A stretch of DNA of 52,859 nt, taken from positions 1-52,859 of the IMG/VR virus record IMGVR_UViG_3300033489_000012. The stretch is one strand, 5' to 3'. A model generated the notes under the pieces. That model was given only the letters and a program-made list of their open reading frames with translations. It made no database searches and was not told the DNA's origin. Shown here in pieces: positions 45,374 through 52,859 of this stretch; the first letter of the stretch is position 1; every line of letters starts with the position of its first letter. The position numbers were made by a program, and so were the translations under genes. Origin of the DNA: a virus. Its lineage: Duplodnaviria > Caudoviricetes.

Positions 45374-45440
45374 GCCGACCGTAGCTCAAGATTGAGAGCG
45401 ACCCTTGGCGGGGGATGATGCCCGTACGGGCCGGTCGGCA
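45374..45440 (+). ncRNA. tRNA-like cloverleaf element (non-canonical)
   Basis: GCCGACCG/CGGTCGGC closing stem, TA, GCTC/GAGC D-like arm, short central arm, GCCC-GTAC-GGGC arm with no TTC loop. Confidence 0.55.
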
Positions 45441-45474
45441 TTTAAACCTCAAAACCATAGGAGGGAGATAGAAA

Positions 45475-45666
45475 ATGAAATTCTTCGGAAGCATAAGTAA
45501 CCTCGGGATGGTGACAAAAAAGGAAGCCGAAGTTGAAAAGGATTATGTCAAGATCACCGTACTGATTCCGGTTTCCAATAAAATTGGCATCGCTGAATTT
45601 GCCTCTCATTACCGCGATATGAGCCAGTTCACCATCGAAAAGATACAACAGGACATGAAGCTTTAA
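45475..45666 (+). CDS. Hypothetical protein
   Basis: AGGAGG RBS. Confidence 0.6.
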   Translation: MKFFGSISNLGMVTKKEAEVEKDYVKITVLIPVSNKIGIAEFASHYRDMSQFTIEKIQQDMKL

Positions 45667-45686
45667 CTGCAGGAGGAGATAGTTTA

Positions 45687-46196
45687 GTGGGATCCCAAAA
45701 GTCGAAAATATCGCTGGAGAGGGCACAGAGTATAGCACAGACACTGTTCCATGATATTTCTGAATTCTGTTGGAAATGGTATACCGTGGGCAGTATCAGA
45801 CGGCAGAAGTTAGAAGTTAACGATGTGGATATTCTGATCATCCCCCGGAAAGGTGGGGGGATGGTGGAACTGGCGTATTGGGGAAAGAGATTGAAGGATG
45901 GCAACCGGGTTCTGTCAATGGGATCGACCAAGATGCAATTTCTCTATATGGGTGTCCAGGTGGATCTTTATTTTGCCACCCCGGAGACCTGGATACCGCT
46001 TCTCGTGATTAGGACGGGATCTGCGGAACATAATGTCAAACTATGCAAAAGAGCAAAAAGCTTGGGTATGATACTTCATGCCGATGGACGGGGAATTTAC
46101 ACCAAAGAAGGAAGCCGGCTCAAGACGGATACGGAAGAGGAATTTTTTAACCGGCTGGATATGCCTTATATCAGGCCGGAGGAGAGGGAGATATGA
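45687..46196 (+). CDS. Minimal PolX / pol-beta-family nucleotidyltransferase
   Basis: VGSIRR...NDVDILI, QVDL, TGSAEHN and TEEEFF...YIRPEERE motifs. Confidence 0.88.
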   Translation: MGSQKSKISLERAQSIAQTLFHDISEFCWKWYTVGSIRRQKLEVNDVDILIIPRKGGGMVELAYWGKRLKDGNRVLSMGSTKMQFLYMGVQVDLYFATPETWIPLLVIRTGSAEHNVKLCKRAKSLGMILHADGRGIYTKEGSRLKTDTEEEFFNRLDMPYIRPEEREI

Positions 46197-46438
46197 GAGT
46201 AGAAAAAACAGAACGGGGGTTTGAGATAATTCGTTTTGAAGATCATAATGGTTATCCATGCCATTTACAACAAAGCAGCTTGGCAAATTATGAACCTCCG
46301 GGCAGTTCAGCCATTTGGTTAGGTAGACAGGACAATCCCGCGCATCTCGAATTAAATCAAGTCAGGAAAATAGTCAAACATCTTCAAAATTGGTTGGGTA
46401 ACGGTAGTTTTGAAAACGGAGAAAAAGCCGGAGGATGA
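46193..46438 (+). CDS. Hypothetical phage protein
   Basis: TERGF...LQQSSLA...AIWLG pattern; coupled start. Confidence 0.7.
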   Translation: MRVEKTERGFEIIRFEDHNGYPCHLQQSSLANYEPPGSSAIWLGRQDNPAHLELNQVRKIVKHLQNWLGNGSFENGEKAGG

Positions 46439-46529
46439 AGGAACGGAGAAGCCGACGGAATAAGGCGGGATTCAACCCAGGTAAGCCCCTTCTCTACGGA
46501 GAGGGGGCTTGCTGAGGAGATAGAACAGG

Positions 46530-46766
46530 ATGGATGAAAAAATAAGATTAATCGCTTTGTGGGCTAAGCAAAAAGAAATCAGAGCATTACAAAAAGCAAG
46601 GGAAAAATCCGGTGAACATTATGTCTATTGGGATGCGAAAGCCTGTGCTTTTTCTCAGGTGTGGGAATTTATCGTTTTTGATGGGAAAAAAGTGGGATCA
46701 GGAATAAGTCCGGAAGAATACAACAAAGCAAATTTGGAATGGTCGAAATTAGCCAATGAAACTTAA
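46530..46766 (+). CDS. Hypothetical protein
   Basis: ORF with RBS in the early operon. Confidence 0.55.
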   Translation: MDEKIRLIALWAKQKEIRALQKAREKSGEHYVYWDAKACAFSQVWEFIVFDGKKVGSGISPEEYNKANLEWSKLANET

Positions 46767-47199
46767 GAACTATACAAGTTCTGTGCCGGCTGAGCGGAGC
46801 GTTGCCCTGATTGAGAAAAAGCTCATCGAGGTTGGGGCAGACCGCATAAGCAAAATCTACGAAAAGGGGCGCATTTCCGGGATTGTGTTCCAGATTAACA
46901 GAAACGATCATCCGCAGACGTTCAAGCTTTCCGCCAATACACCAATCATAGCAGAAATCATGCTGGCGGGGATCAAAAAGAAGCGCAAGGAGACGGAAGT
47001 CCGGGTCCGTGAGCAGGCGGAGCGGACCGGGTGGAAGCTGGTTTTGGATGACGTCGAGATCCAGGTGGCCAAAATCCTGATTGCACGACGTGAGATCATC
47101 GAAGTGTTTCTGCCCTACATCTTTGATCTGGAGAAGAATGTAACATTCTACGAAAAGCTGGTTGAGTCAAAATTTAAGCTACTGAAGGCGCCAGGATGA
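46756..47199 (+). CDS. Hypothetical phage protein
   Basis: KNYTSSVPAERS...QAERTGWK pattern; overlapping start. Confidence 0.7.
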   Translation: MKLKNYTSSVPAERSVALIEKKLIEVGADRISKIYEKGRISGIVFQINRNDHPQTFKLSANTPIIAEIMLAGIKKKRKETEVRVREQAERTGWKLVLDDVEIQVAKILIARREIIEVFLPYIFDLEKNVTFYEKLVESKFKLLKAPG

Positions 47200-47552
47200 A
47201 GGAGGTGATACGGATGATAGAACGAAACGCAATCATTTGTAGTGCGTATTTTGAGACTGAGAGAGGTTTGTCGGCTTGGTTAGTGTTGGACTTTGGGGGG
47301 GGACAGAAGCAAGGATTTGGTGGTTATTCTCTTTATCCGCCACAGAACAAGGGAAATTATGCCGGGCATTTTATTTGGAGGGTTTTTCAGATTGCGGAGG
47401 TGAATGATTGGTGTGCTTTAGTGGGAAAACCCGCTAGAGTAAGAATTGGGGATCTCCACATTGTTTCTATCGGGCACATTATAAAGGATGACTGGTTTGA
47501 TCCCGCAAAAGAGTTTGAAGAGATTAGGTTGAACTCAAAGATTCAAAACTAA
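47196..47552 (+). CDS. Hypothetical phage protein
   Basis: QGFGGYSL...IGHIIKDDWFDP pattern. Confidence 0.7.
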   Translation: MKEVIRMIERNAIICSAYFETERGLSAWLVLDFGGGQKQGFGGYSLYPPQNKGNYAGHFIWRVFQIAEVNDWCALVGKPARVRIGDLHIVSIGHIIKDDWFDPAKEFEEIRLNSKIQN

Positions 47553-47576
47553 CCATTGGACGGACAGAGGGGACGG

Positions 47577-48431
47577 ATGCCACGAAAACCTACGCCATGG
47601 TTTCCACTTTACGCTTCAGAATTACTCGAAGATGAAAAATCGGCAATAGAAGTTTTGACCCACCATGAGATGGGAATTGTAACCCGTCTTTGGGCAAAAA
47701 TGTGGCTCAATGGAGTGGAAAGGGGTGCTCTCTATTTAAAAGAAAACACACCGATGACGGATGAACAAATTGCAAAATTCCTACACCTACCAATTGAAGA
47801 GTGGGGGCAAATTAGGGAGAAGTTAGTAGGGCAAGTCGGGATACTAAAAGTGGGGGGGAACGGGGAGTTATATTCTAAGCGTTTACGTAACTTTAAGACT
47901 AAATGGGAGTTATATGGTGACTCAAAAAGAAAAATAACGGAATCCAAAAAGACACCAAAAAGAAAAATACCGGAAAGAAACCGGACGACAGAATTAGAAG
48001 TAGAATTAGAAGTAGAATTAGAAAAGAATAAAAGATACCTTCCCGTTTCCGAAAATCTTAAACAACTTATCCACAAAAACAACCCCAAGGCAAAAATAAC
48101 AGAGAAGCAAGTCAATGACTGGGCGAATGATGTCCGGTTGATGGTGGAGAGGGACGAAAGGACGGTGGATGAAATAATCGAGCTTATTGAGTTTTCTCAG
48201 GGGCATCGGTTTTGGAAGATAAATATTTTGAGTATGGGAGCGTTACGTGAGAAATTTGATCGATTAACCTTGGAGATGAACGAGAAAAAGAATCCTCGTG
48301 GGAATGAATCGGGGATATGTGGGGCTTGCAAAAAGCAGATGGCTGACATGGGGGATGAATGGTTTTGCTCCGATTGTGGGCATAGGGTCCCTAAAGCTCA
48401 AGGTATGGCGGCCCGGGGACGGGCACCATGA
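47577..48431 (+). CDS. Replication initiator (lambda O-like)
   Basis: N-terminal PWFPLYASE; C-terminal RLMVERD...FWKINILS...LREKFDRL; internal repeats. Confidence 0.8.
   Translation: MPRKPTPWFPLYASELLEDEKSAIEVLTHHEMGIVTRLWAKMWLNGVERGALYLKENTPMTDEQIAKFLHLPIEEWGQIREKLVGQVGILKVGGNGELYSKRLRNFKTKWELYGDSKRKITESKKTPKRKIPERNRTTELEVELEVELEKNKRYLPVSENLKQLIHKNNPKAKITEKQVNDWANDVRLMVERDERTVDEIIELIEFSQGHRFWKINILSMGALREKFDRLTLEMNEKKNPRGNESGICGACKKQMADMGDEWFCSDCGHRVPKAQGMAARGRAP
47923..48023 (+). repeat. Candidate origin iterons inside the initiator gene
   Basis: CAAAAAGAAAAATAMCGGAA at 47923 and 47956; AGAATTAGAAGT about x2.8 at 47990-48023. Confidence 0.55.
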
Positions 48432-48569
48432 GAGGAGGTGATTCCGATGTGGAAGTAAGCTAAGTGTTCCACCGATCAACGGTTAAAGTTTTCGTGGTAA
48501 AAAACTCAAACTAACCAAGCCCCCCGGTTGCCCATACGGGTGACTGGGGGGGGAAAGAGAAAATGAAAA

Positions 48570-49568
48570 GTGAGGCACATAGATTTATTCAGTGGTATCG
48601 GGGGTTTCGCTTTAGCCTGTCAAATGGTATGGGGAAATGAGTATGAGAATGTTTTCTTCTGTGACAATAACAAGTTTTGCCAGGAAGTCATCAAAAAGAA
48701 TTTCGGAAGGGAGAGTTTGATCTATGACGACATCCGGGGAGTCACAAGGAAGCGGGTTATTGCCGACACCCGAAGCGCAAAACAGCACGGGTTACCAGAT
48801 GGTACGGGGAAAGAAAGTGCCGAGGTTAGGATCGGTGGTGGGTCTATTACCAACACCGACAGAAGACATGGTAAATGGGAGAAAAGGAAACTACGCACAG
48901 GGCGGAGCATCTTTGACGGGCATATTGACCTTCTTACCGGCGGATTCCCCTGCCAGCCTTTTTCCGTTGCGGGAAAACAACGAGGCAAGACGGATGACCG
49001 TTACCTCTGGCCGGAGATGCTTAGGATTATTAAAGAGTTTCAGCCCACTTGGGTCATTGGTGAAAATGTTGCTGGTTTCATCCCGATGGCACTCGACACG
49101 GTGTGTGCTGATCTGGAAGCCGAAGGTTACGAAGTCCAACCGCTTGTTATTCCAGCTTGCGCCGTCAATGCGCCGCACCGGAGAGACAGGGTGTGGATTA
49201 TTGGGTACAGTAACAAGCGGATCGGGGACAAAAGGGAGATCGGCAAAGTGGGGGGAAGGCAAAAACCCAACTCCCCAGGAAATGGTTGCCATGCTCCCGA
49301 CACCACGTCAAAACGACTTCCAGCCTCACAGTCCGGGATGCACTCAAATCAGGGGGAAACTGAATCACCAGACTGGGATCAAAACTGGATTGAAGTTGCA
49401 ACCGAATTTTGTCGAGTGGATGATGGGATTTCCGTTGAACTGGACGGATTTAAACTCACCAAGGCGGGACACCGGGTTGAAAGACTGAAAGCTTTAGGTA
49501 ATGCCATCGTACCGCAGGTAGTGGTGGAGATACTGGAAGCAATAAAAACTATTAAGGGAAATGTTTGA
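48570..49568 (+). CDS. DNA cytosine-5 methyltransferase
   Basis: DLFSGIGG, GGFPCQPFS, ENV, HRRDRVW and LGNAIVPQV motifs. Confidence 0.93.
   Translation: MRHIDLFSGIGGFALACQMVWGNEYENVFFCDNNKFCQEVIKKNFGRESLIYDDIRGVTRKRVIADTRSAKQHGLPDGTGKESAEVRIGGGSITNTDRRHGKWEKRKLRTGRSIFDGHIDLLTGGFPCQPFSVAGKQRGKTDDRYLWPEMLRIIKEFQPTWVIGENVAGFIPMALDTVCADLEAEGYEVQPLVIPACAVNAPHRRDRVWIIGYSNKRIGDKREIGKVGGRQKPNSPGNGCHAPDTTSKRLPASQSGMHSNQGETESPDWDQNWIEVATEFCRVDDGISVELDGFKLTKAGHRVERLKALGNAIVPQVVVEILEAIKTIKGNV
48724..49488 (+). CDS. Out-of-frame gene nested in the C5 methyltransferase (putative second subunit)
   Basis: 254 open codons; LPTP repeats and LQPNFVEWMMGFPLNWTD (motif IX-like). Confidence 0.6.
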   Translation: MTTSGESQGSGLLPTPEAQNSTGYQMVRGKKVPRLGSVVGLLPTPTEDMVNGRKGNYAQGGASLTGILTFLPADSPASLFPLRENNEARRMTVTSGRRCLGLLKSFSPLGSLVKMLLVSSRWHSTRCVLIWKPKVTKSNRLLFQLAPSMRRTGETGCGLLGTVTSGSGTKGRSAKWGEGKNPTPQEMVAMLPTPRQNDFQPHSPGCTQIRGKLNHQTGIKTGLKLQPNFVEWMMGFPLNWTDLNSPRRDTGLKD

Positions 49569-49589
49569 AACCGAAACAGGAGGATAATC

Positions 49590-49931
49590 ATGCCAAAAGC
49601 AAGTGTTAAAATCATGTTGAGCTATGACTATTGCCACTTCGAGGTCTGCCTGGGTTCGGATGAGGATTTAAGTTTGAAACAGGTGGATGATTTGCGCAAG
49701 GAGGCTCAGCGGCTGGCGGATAAGGCGGTGAAGCAATACCGGATTGCGAAGGAAAAATATCGGGAAGTTCTGGAACTTGAGGATGTCTTTGAAAGACAGC
49801 GGGAAGAACTAAAAGCCATTGCCGAAATGCCAGATGACGAGCGGACACCGGCACAGAGGGGAAAACTCAAAGCATATTCAGACTGGCTATGGAATAAAGA
49901 ACATGCTTACGATTACACGGATGAAGAATGA
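49590..49931 (+). CDS. Hypothetical coiled-coil protein
   Basis: AGGAGG RBS. Confidence 0.7.
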   Translation: MPKASVKIMLSYDYCHFEVCLGSDEDLSLKQVDDLRKEAQRLADKAVKQYRIAKEKYREVLELEDVFERQREELKAIAEMPDDERTPAQRGKLKAYSDWLWNKEHAYDYTDEE

Positions 49932-50365
49932 AACTTTCCTTTGTGATTTTTGCAAAGCTTCCGAGTTACCATGACCTCGATACCGGGGCAACGCCACAGG
50001 TGAGGAGCGCGATTAAGAGAAAGTTTATGACCAGATTCTTCTGGGCGATAAAAGAAGGGACACAACTGGCAAAGATTCATCACCCGGGTAATATGAGTTA
50101 CTTCAAAGAGCCGGTGCGAATCGACCTGGTGATTCATGATAGATGGCGAAGATCACCAGACCGGGACAATTATATCCAGAGCGCAGGGAAGCTTATCGTT
50201 GACCAGTTCTTCTCCACCAAAACCCGGATGGCCGCCATAAACCTTTTGCCGGACGATAAAGACGTCAAATGGGGAGAAGTGGAATTCAAACAGGGGAATC
50301 CGATGGTGGAGGTAACGATAGAGACGGTTGGGCAAGTTTCGGAGACAAACAGGTGCGAAAATTAA
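49928..50365 (+). CDS. RusA-like Holliday junction resolvase
   Basis: RRSPDRDNY...KLIVD...LPDD motifs. Confidence 0.65.
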   Translation: MKLSFVIFAKLPSYHDLDTGATPQVRSAIKRKFMTRFFWAIKEGTQLAKIHHPGNMSYFKEPVRIDLVIHDRWRRSPDRDNYIQSAGKLIVDQFFSTKTRMAAINLLPDDKDVKWGEVEFKQGNPMVEVTIETVGQVSETNRCEN

Positions 50366-50388
50366 ACCTATAAAACAGTGGGTCTGAA

Positions 50389-50598
50389 ATGTTTAACATG
50401 AAACCAGATGTAATGTTGGAACCGAAAATATCCAGGGTCCCGGTGCATAATCCGGATGGCTCGGTGGAGAAATGGCTGACCTTCCAGGGCTGGGATGACA
50501 GTGGGAGACCGTTCTTTAAAGGGGAGAATGGGGACTTGTATTATTTGGAGACCATGGCAGAAATCAAGCAGTGCGGGGCGGAGAGACTTAAGAATTGA
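50389..50598 (+). CDS. Hypothetical protein
   Basis: ORF within the operon. Confidence 0.45.
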   Translation: MFNMKPDVMLEPKISRVPVHNPDGSVEKWLTFQGWDDSGRPFFKGENGDLYYLETMAEIKQCGAERLKN

Positions 50599-50613
50599 AG
50601 AAGAAAATCAGCT

Positions 50614-50913
50614 ATGAAAACGGGTGAAATTCACTATCGAAAGTACGACACTTGCCGGGATTTGCAGGTTTTGCTTCAACTTCTAATTGAATCCGGATCG
50701 GCGGGGATCAGTACCCTGGAGATTATTCACCGGACGGGGTTTTGCGCGATCAATTCTATGATATCCGAACTCAGGGCAAATCGGATCCCGGTCCCGGATG
50801 CCGAGCAAAGAGGGCGGAGATTTTATTATTATCCCCCACCCCCGGGGAGATGGGATCCGATTGAGAAGAGATGGGAAATTACAGGGATGGTGCAAGCGGA
50901 GATGAAACTGTGA
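50614..50913 (+). CDS. Winged-HTH protein
   Basis: ISTLEII...INSMISELRANRI pattern. Confidence 0.6.
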   Translation: MKTGEIHYRKYDTCRDLQVLLQLLIESGSAGISTLEIIHRTGFCAINSMISELRANRIPVPDAEQRGRRFYYYPPPPGRWDPIEKRWEITGMVQAEMKL

Positions 50914-51527
50914 GCAAGCTTGAAGAGTGGACAAATACAATCCAGTGCGGTGACTGCCTTAAACTTATGCGTGAGCTTCCCGACGGGTGTATCGACCTGG
51001 TGGTGACTGATCCGCCGTATGGGAAAGAATTTATGTATGTTTGGGAAAATCTATCTGAACAATCGAATCGTCTCTTAAAAAAGACGGGATGGTTATTGAC
51101 TTATTCGGGAAGTTTATATTTGCCAGAAGTTTTAACAAGTCTTTCAAAATACATGATATATAGAGCAATAATTATAGTCCTCCATGCGCAAAGGAATTTC
51201 TGCTGGCGCAATAAAATGATAGATGGATGGAAGCCAGTTCTTTTATATGGATTTGATAATTTAGAAGATACTCCAATGCAACAAAATGTTTTATGGCCAT
51301 CATCCCAAGATAAGAGATTCCATAAATGGGGATAAGTTGAAAAAGAGTCCCTTTGTTTTATATCAGACTATTCTCGCCCGGGAGACCTCATCCTTGACCC
51401 TTTTGCTGGTTCTGGTACTACGTTGGTAGCAGCTAAGAATCTTGGCAGGCGGTTTATCGGATTTGAGATCAACCCGGATTACGTCAAAATATGTGAGGAT
51501 AGATTGAGGCAGGAGATTCTTTTATAA
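50910..51527 (+). pseudogene. DNA amino-methyltransferase interrupted by an in-frame TAA at 51333-51335
   Basis: TDPPY before the stop; the same frame continues [11 protein letters not shown]...DRLRQEILL to 51527. Confidence 0.85.
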
Positions 51528-51544
51528 TAAAGGGCAGGCATGAT

Positions 51545-52204
51545 ATGGACTGGAAAGAAAAATATATAAATAAAATTACGTGTATTGATTGTCTTGAGGG
51601 GATGAAGGAACTCCCGGATAAATCCATCGATTTAATATATGCCGATCCTCCCTTTAATACTCAGGGATCAATCGGAAGTTTTTCAAGGTCTTATCCCTCC
51701 AATTCAAACGATAAGTTATCAGAGAGTGATTATGATAAATTTTGTAAAGTGTGGTTTAAATTAGCCAGAAGGAAATCCAAGAAATTATTAGTTACTCCGG
51801 GAGTTTCTAATATTGGTCGTTATTCTAATGCTTATTGGGTGATTGTTATAAATAAACCATCCTCCCCATCATTTAATCGTTTTGGTGGTTATAATTGCTG
51901 GGAACCTCTTTTAGTTTATGATAAACCTGTTCAACGAATTTTAAGGGATGTGGTTCTCTATGATTCAAAGAGTTTTAAAAATGACGGATTGAGTAAACAT
52001 CCGTGTCCGGACTCTATTGAAATGGTTCGATGGATTATAGATACCTGGACTAATCCAGGGGATATTGTTTGTGATATTTTTAGCGGGACTGGAACAACAG
52101 CAGTAATTTGCAAAGAAAAAAATAGAAGATTTATAGCCTTTGAGATTGAACCAATTTATGTTGAGATGGGCAACGATAGATTACGCCAAGAGATTTTACT
52201 ATGA
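51545..52204 (+). CDS. DNA N6-adenine/N4-cytosine methyltransferase (beta class)
   Basis: ADPPF, HPCP and DIFSGTGTT motifs. Confidence 0.9.
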   Translation: MDWKEKYINKITCIDCLEGMKELPDKSIDLIYADPPFNTQGSIGSFSRSYPSNSNDKLSESDYDKFCKVWFKLARRKSKKLLVTPGVSNIGRYSNAYWVIVINKPSSPSFNRFGGYNCWEPLLVYDKPVQRILRDVVLYDSKSFKNDGLSKHPCPDSIEMVRWIIDTWTNPGDIVCDIFSGTGTTAVICKEKNRRFIAFEIEPIYVEMGNDRLRQEILL

Positions 52205-52270
52205 AGAAATGTTCCCACCTGAAATTCAGCTTACAGGAACTGGCACAGGGAACGATGTGGTGAAACGAAT

Positions 52271-52585
52271 ATGAAGCACGAAGTAAAACAAACCTATAAA
52301 AAGAAATGTCCTTATTGCCCCCGCCCAGCCATCCGGGTTACGTGTGGCAGAAAACGGTGTATGAAAAAGCACGCTCAAATTTCCAATGCAGAGCATTATC
52401 GGAATATGCCAAAGGAAAAGCGGAGACTCCGGGATCGGCAGCATTATCTCCGAAGTCTGGGGGTGGAGATCAAAAAGGCGAAACCCGTAGAAGAGTCGAG
52501 TAAAACGATAATTCACCCGATTAATCTACAGAGATTGAGCGGGGATAGGTTTGTAAAGGCGGTTAACCGGATATTGAGGGGATAA
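52271..52585 (+). CDS. Basic Cys-motif hypothetical protein
   Basis: CPYC...TCGRKRC. Confidence 0.55.
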   Translation: MKHEVKQTYKKKCPYCPRPAIRVTCGRKRCMKKHAQISNAEHYRNMPKEKRRLRDRQHYLRSLGVEIKKAKPVEESSKTIIHPINLQRLSGDRFVKAVNRILRG

Positions 52586-52813
52586 ATGAAAAAAGGGAAA
52601 TGGGAATTCCATAGTGGCGATCCAGAACTGATCGGGCAGAAGTTGAAGCAGGTGACCAAACCATTCAGGGATCCTGCTCAACTGGATAATTACCTGGCGG
52701 ATTTTGAAGGGATAAAGACAGTGATTCAGAGAAGGGAAATTGAAGTTAGAAAGGGAAAATTCGGGAAGGAAAAAAAGATGGTTTGGGAATATACATTATT
52801 TAGAGTTGCATAA
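52586..52813 (+). CDS. Hypothetical protein
   Basis: GAGGGG RBS. Confidence 0.55.
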   Translation: MKKGKWEFHSGDPELIGQKLKQVTKPFRDPAQLDNYLADFEGIKTVIQRREIEVRKGKFGKEKKMVWEYTLFRVA

Positions 52814-52859
52814 AAAACTTCAAAATAATCCTTGACAATTTTTGCTTAAGACTATTTAT

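Larger units (their letters stand above)
1..52859. mobile_element. Temperate tailed phage genome (siphovirus-like), apparently near-complete and in excised configuration
   Basis: Packaging, head, tail, lysis, integrase, CI/Cro and replication modules in canonical order; no host housekeeping genes; attP lies intact between lysis genes and integrase. Confidence 0.92.

Noticed and set aside
46483-46510. GC-rich hairpins here and at 43706-43739 as further switch copies or terminators
   Set aside because: They lack the TCGGACAC motif and an adjacent U-tract; at most generic processing or stability stems
50364-50381. AAACCTATAAAACAGTGG resembles the attP flank AAACCTAAGTAAAACAGTGG
   Set aside because: Short gapped AT-rich match far from the integrase; likely chance
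51333-51335. Stop-codon reassignment
   Set aside because: TAA, TAG and TGA all end many intact genes; this is a single isolated interruption

Overview
The window looks like an essentially complete ~52.9 kb temperate tailed phage (siphovirus-type gene set) in its excised form. It starts just upstream of terS and carries an uninterrupted attP region. Gene order: terS, terL, portal; six genes with export signals; a small-ORF cassette array; MuF, protease/scaffold, cement, major capsid; a glycosyl/methyl/sulfotransferase cluster; head-tail connectors; tail tube, frameshifted chaperones, tape measure; a nine-Ig-domain Dit-like protein and hub; HNH, outer-membrane protein, holin, endolysin; a leftward moron; attP (5' half of tRNA-Cys) and integrase; CI/Cro switch; early recombination and replication genes; several DNA methyltransferases. 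The strongest candidate for an undescribed system is a repeated, covarying RNA element overlapping intrinsic terminators in front of the head, capsid and tail-tube genes. It may pair with a small DUF2292/YezD-like protein, whose 3' end is also the repeat unit of the cassette array. Other highlights are the exported module, a 5'-half tRNA attP, an out-of-frame gene nested in the C5 methyltransferase, a tRNA-like ncRNA, an OOP-like antisense RNA and an unannotated L33-like protein. All product calls come from motif recognition and synteny by eye; no database search was run. The host cannot be named, though the outer-membrane protein implies a diderm.
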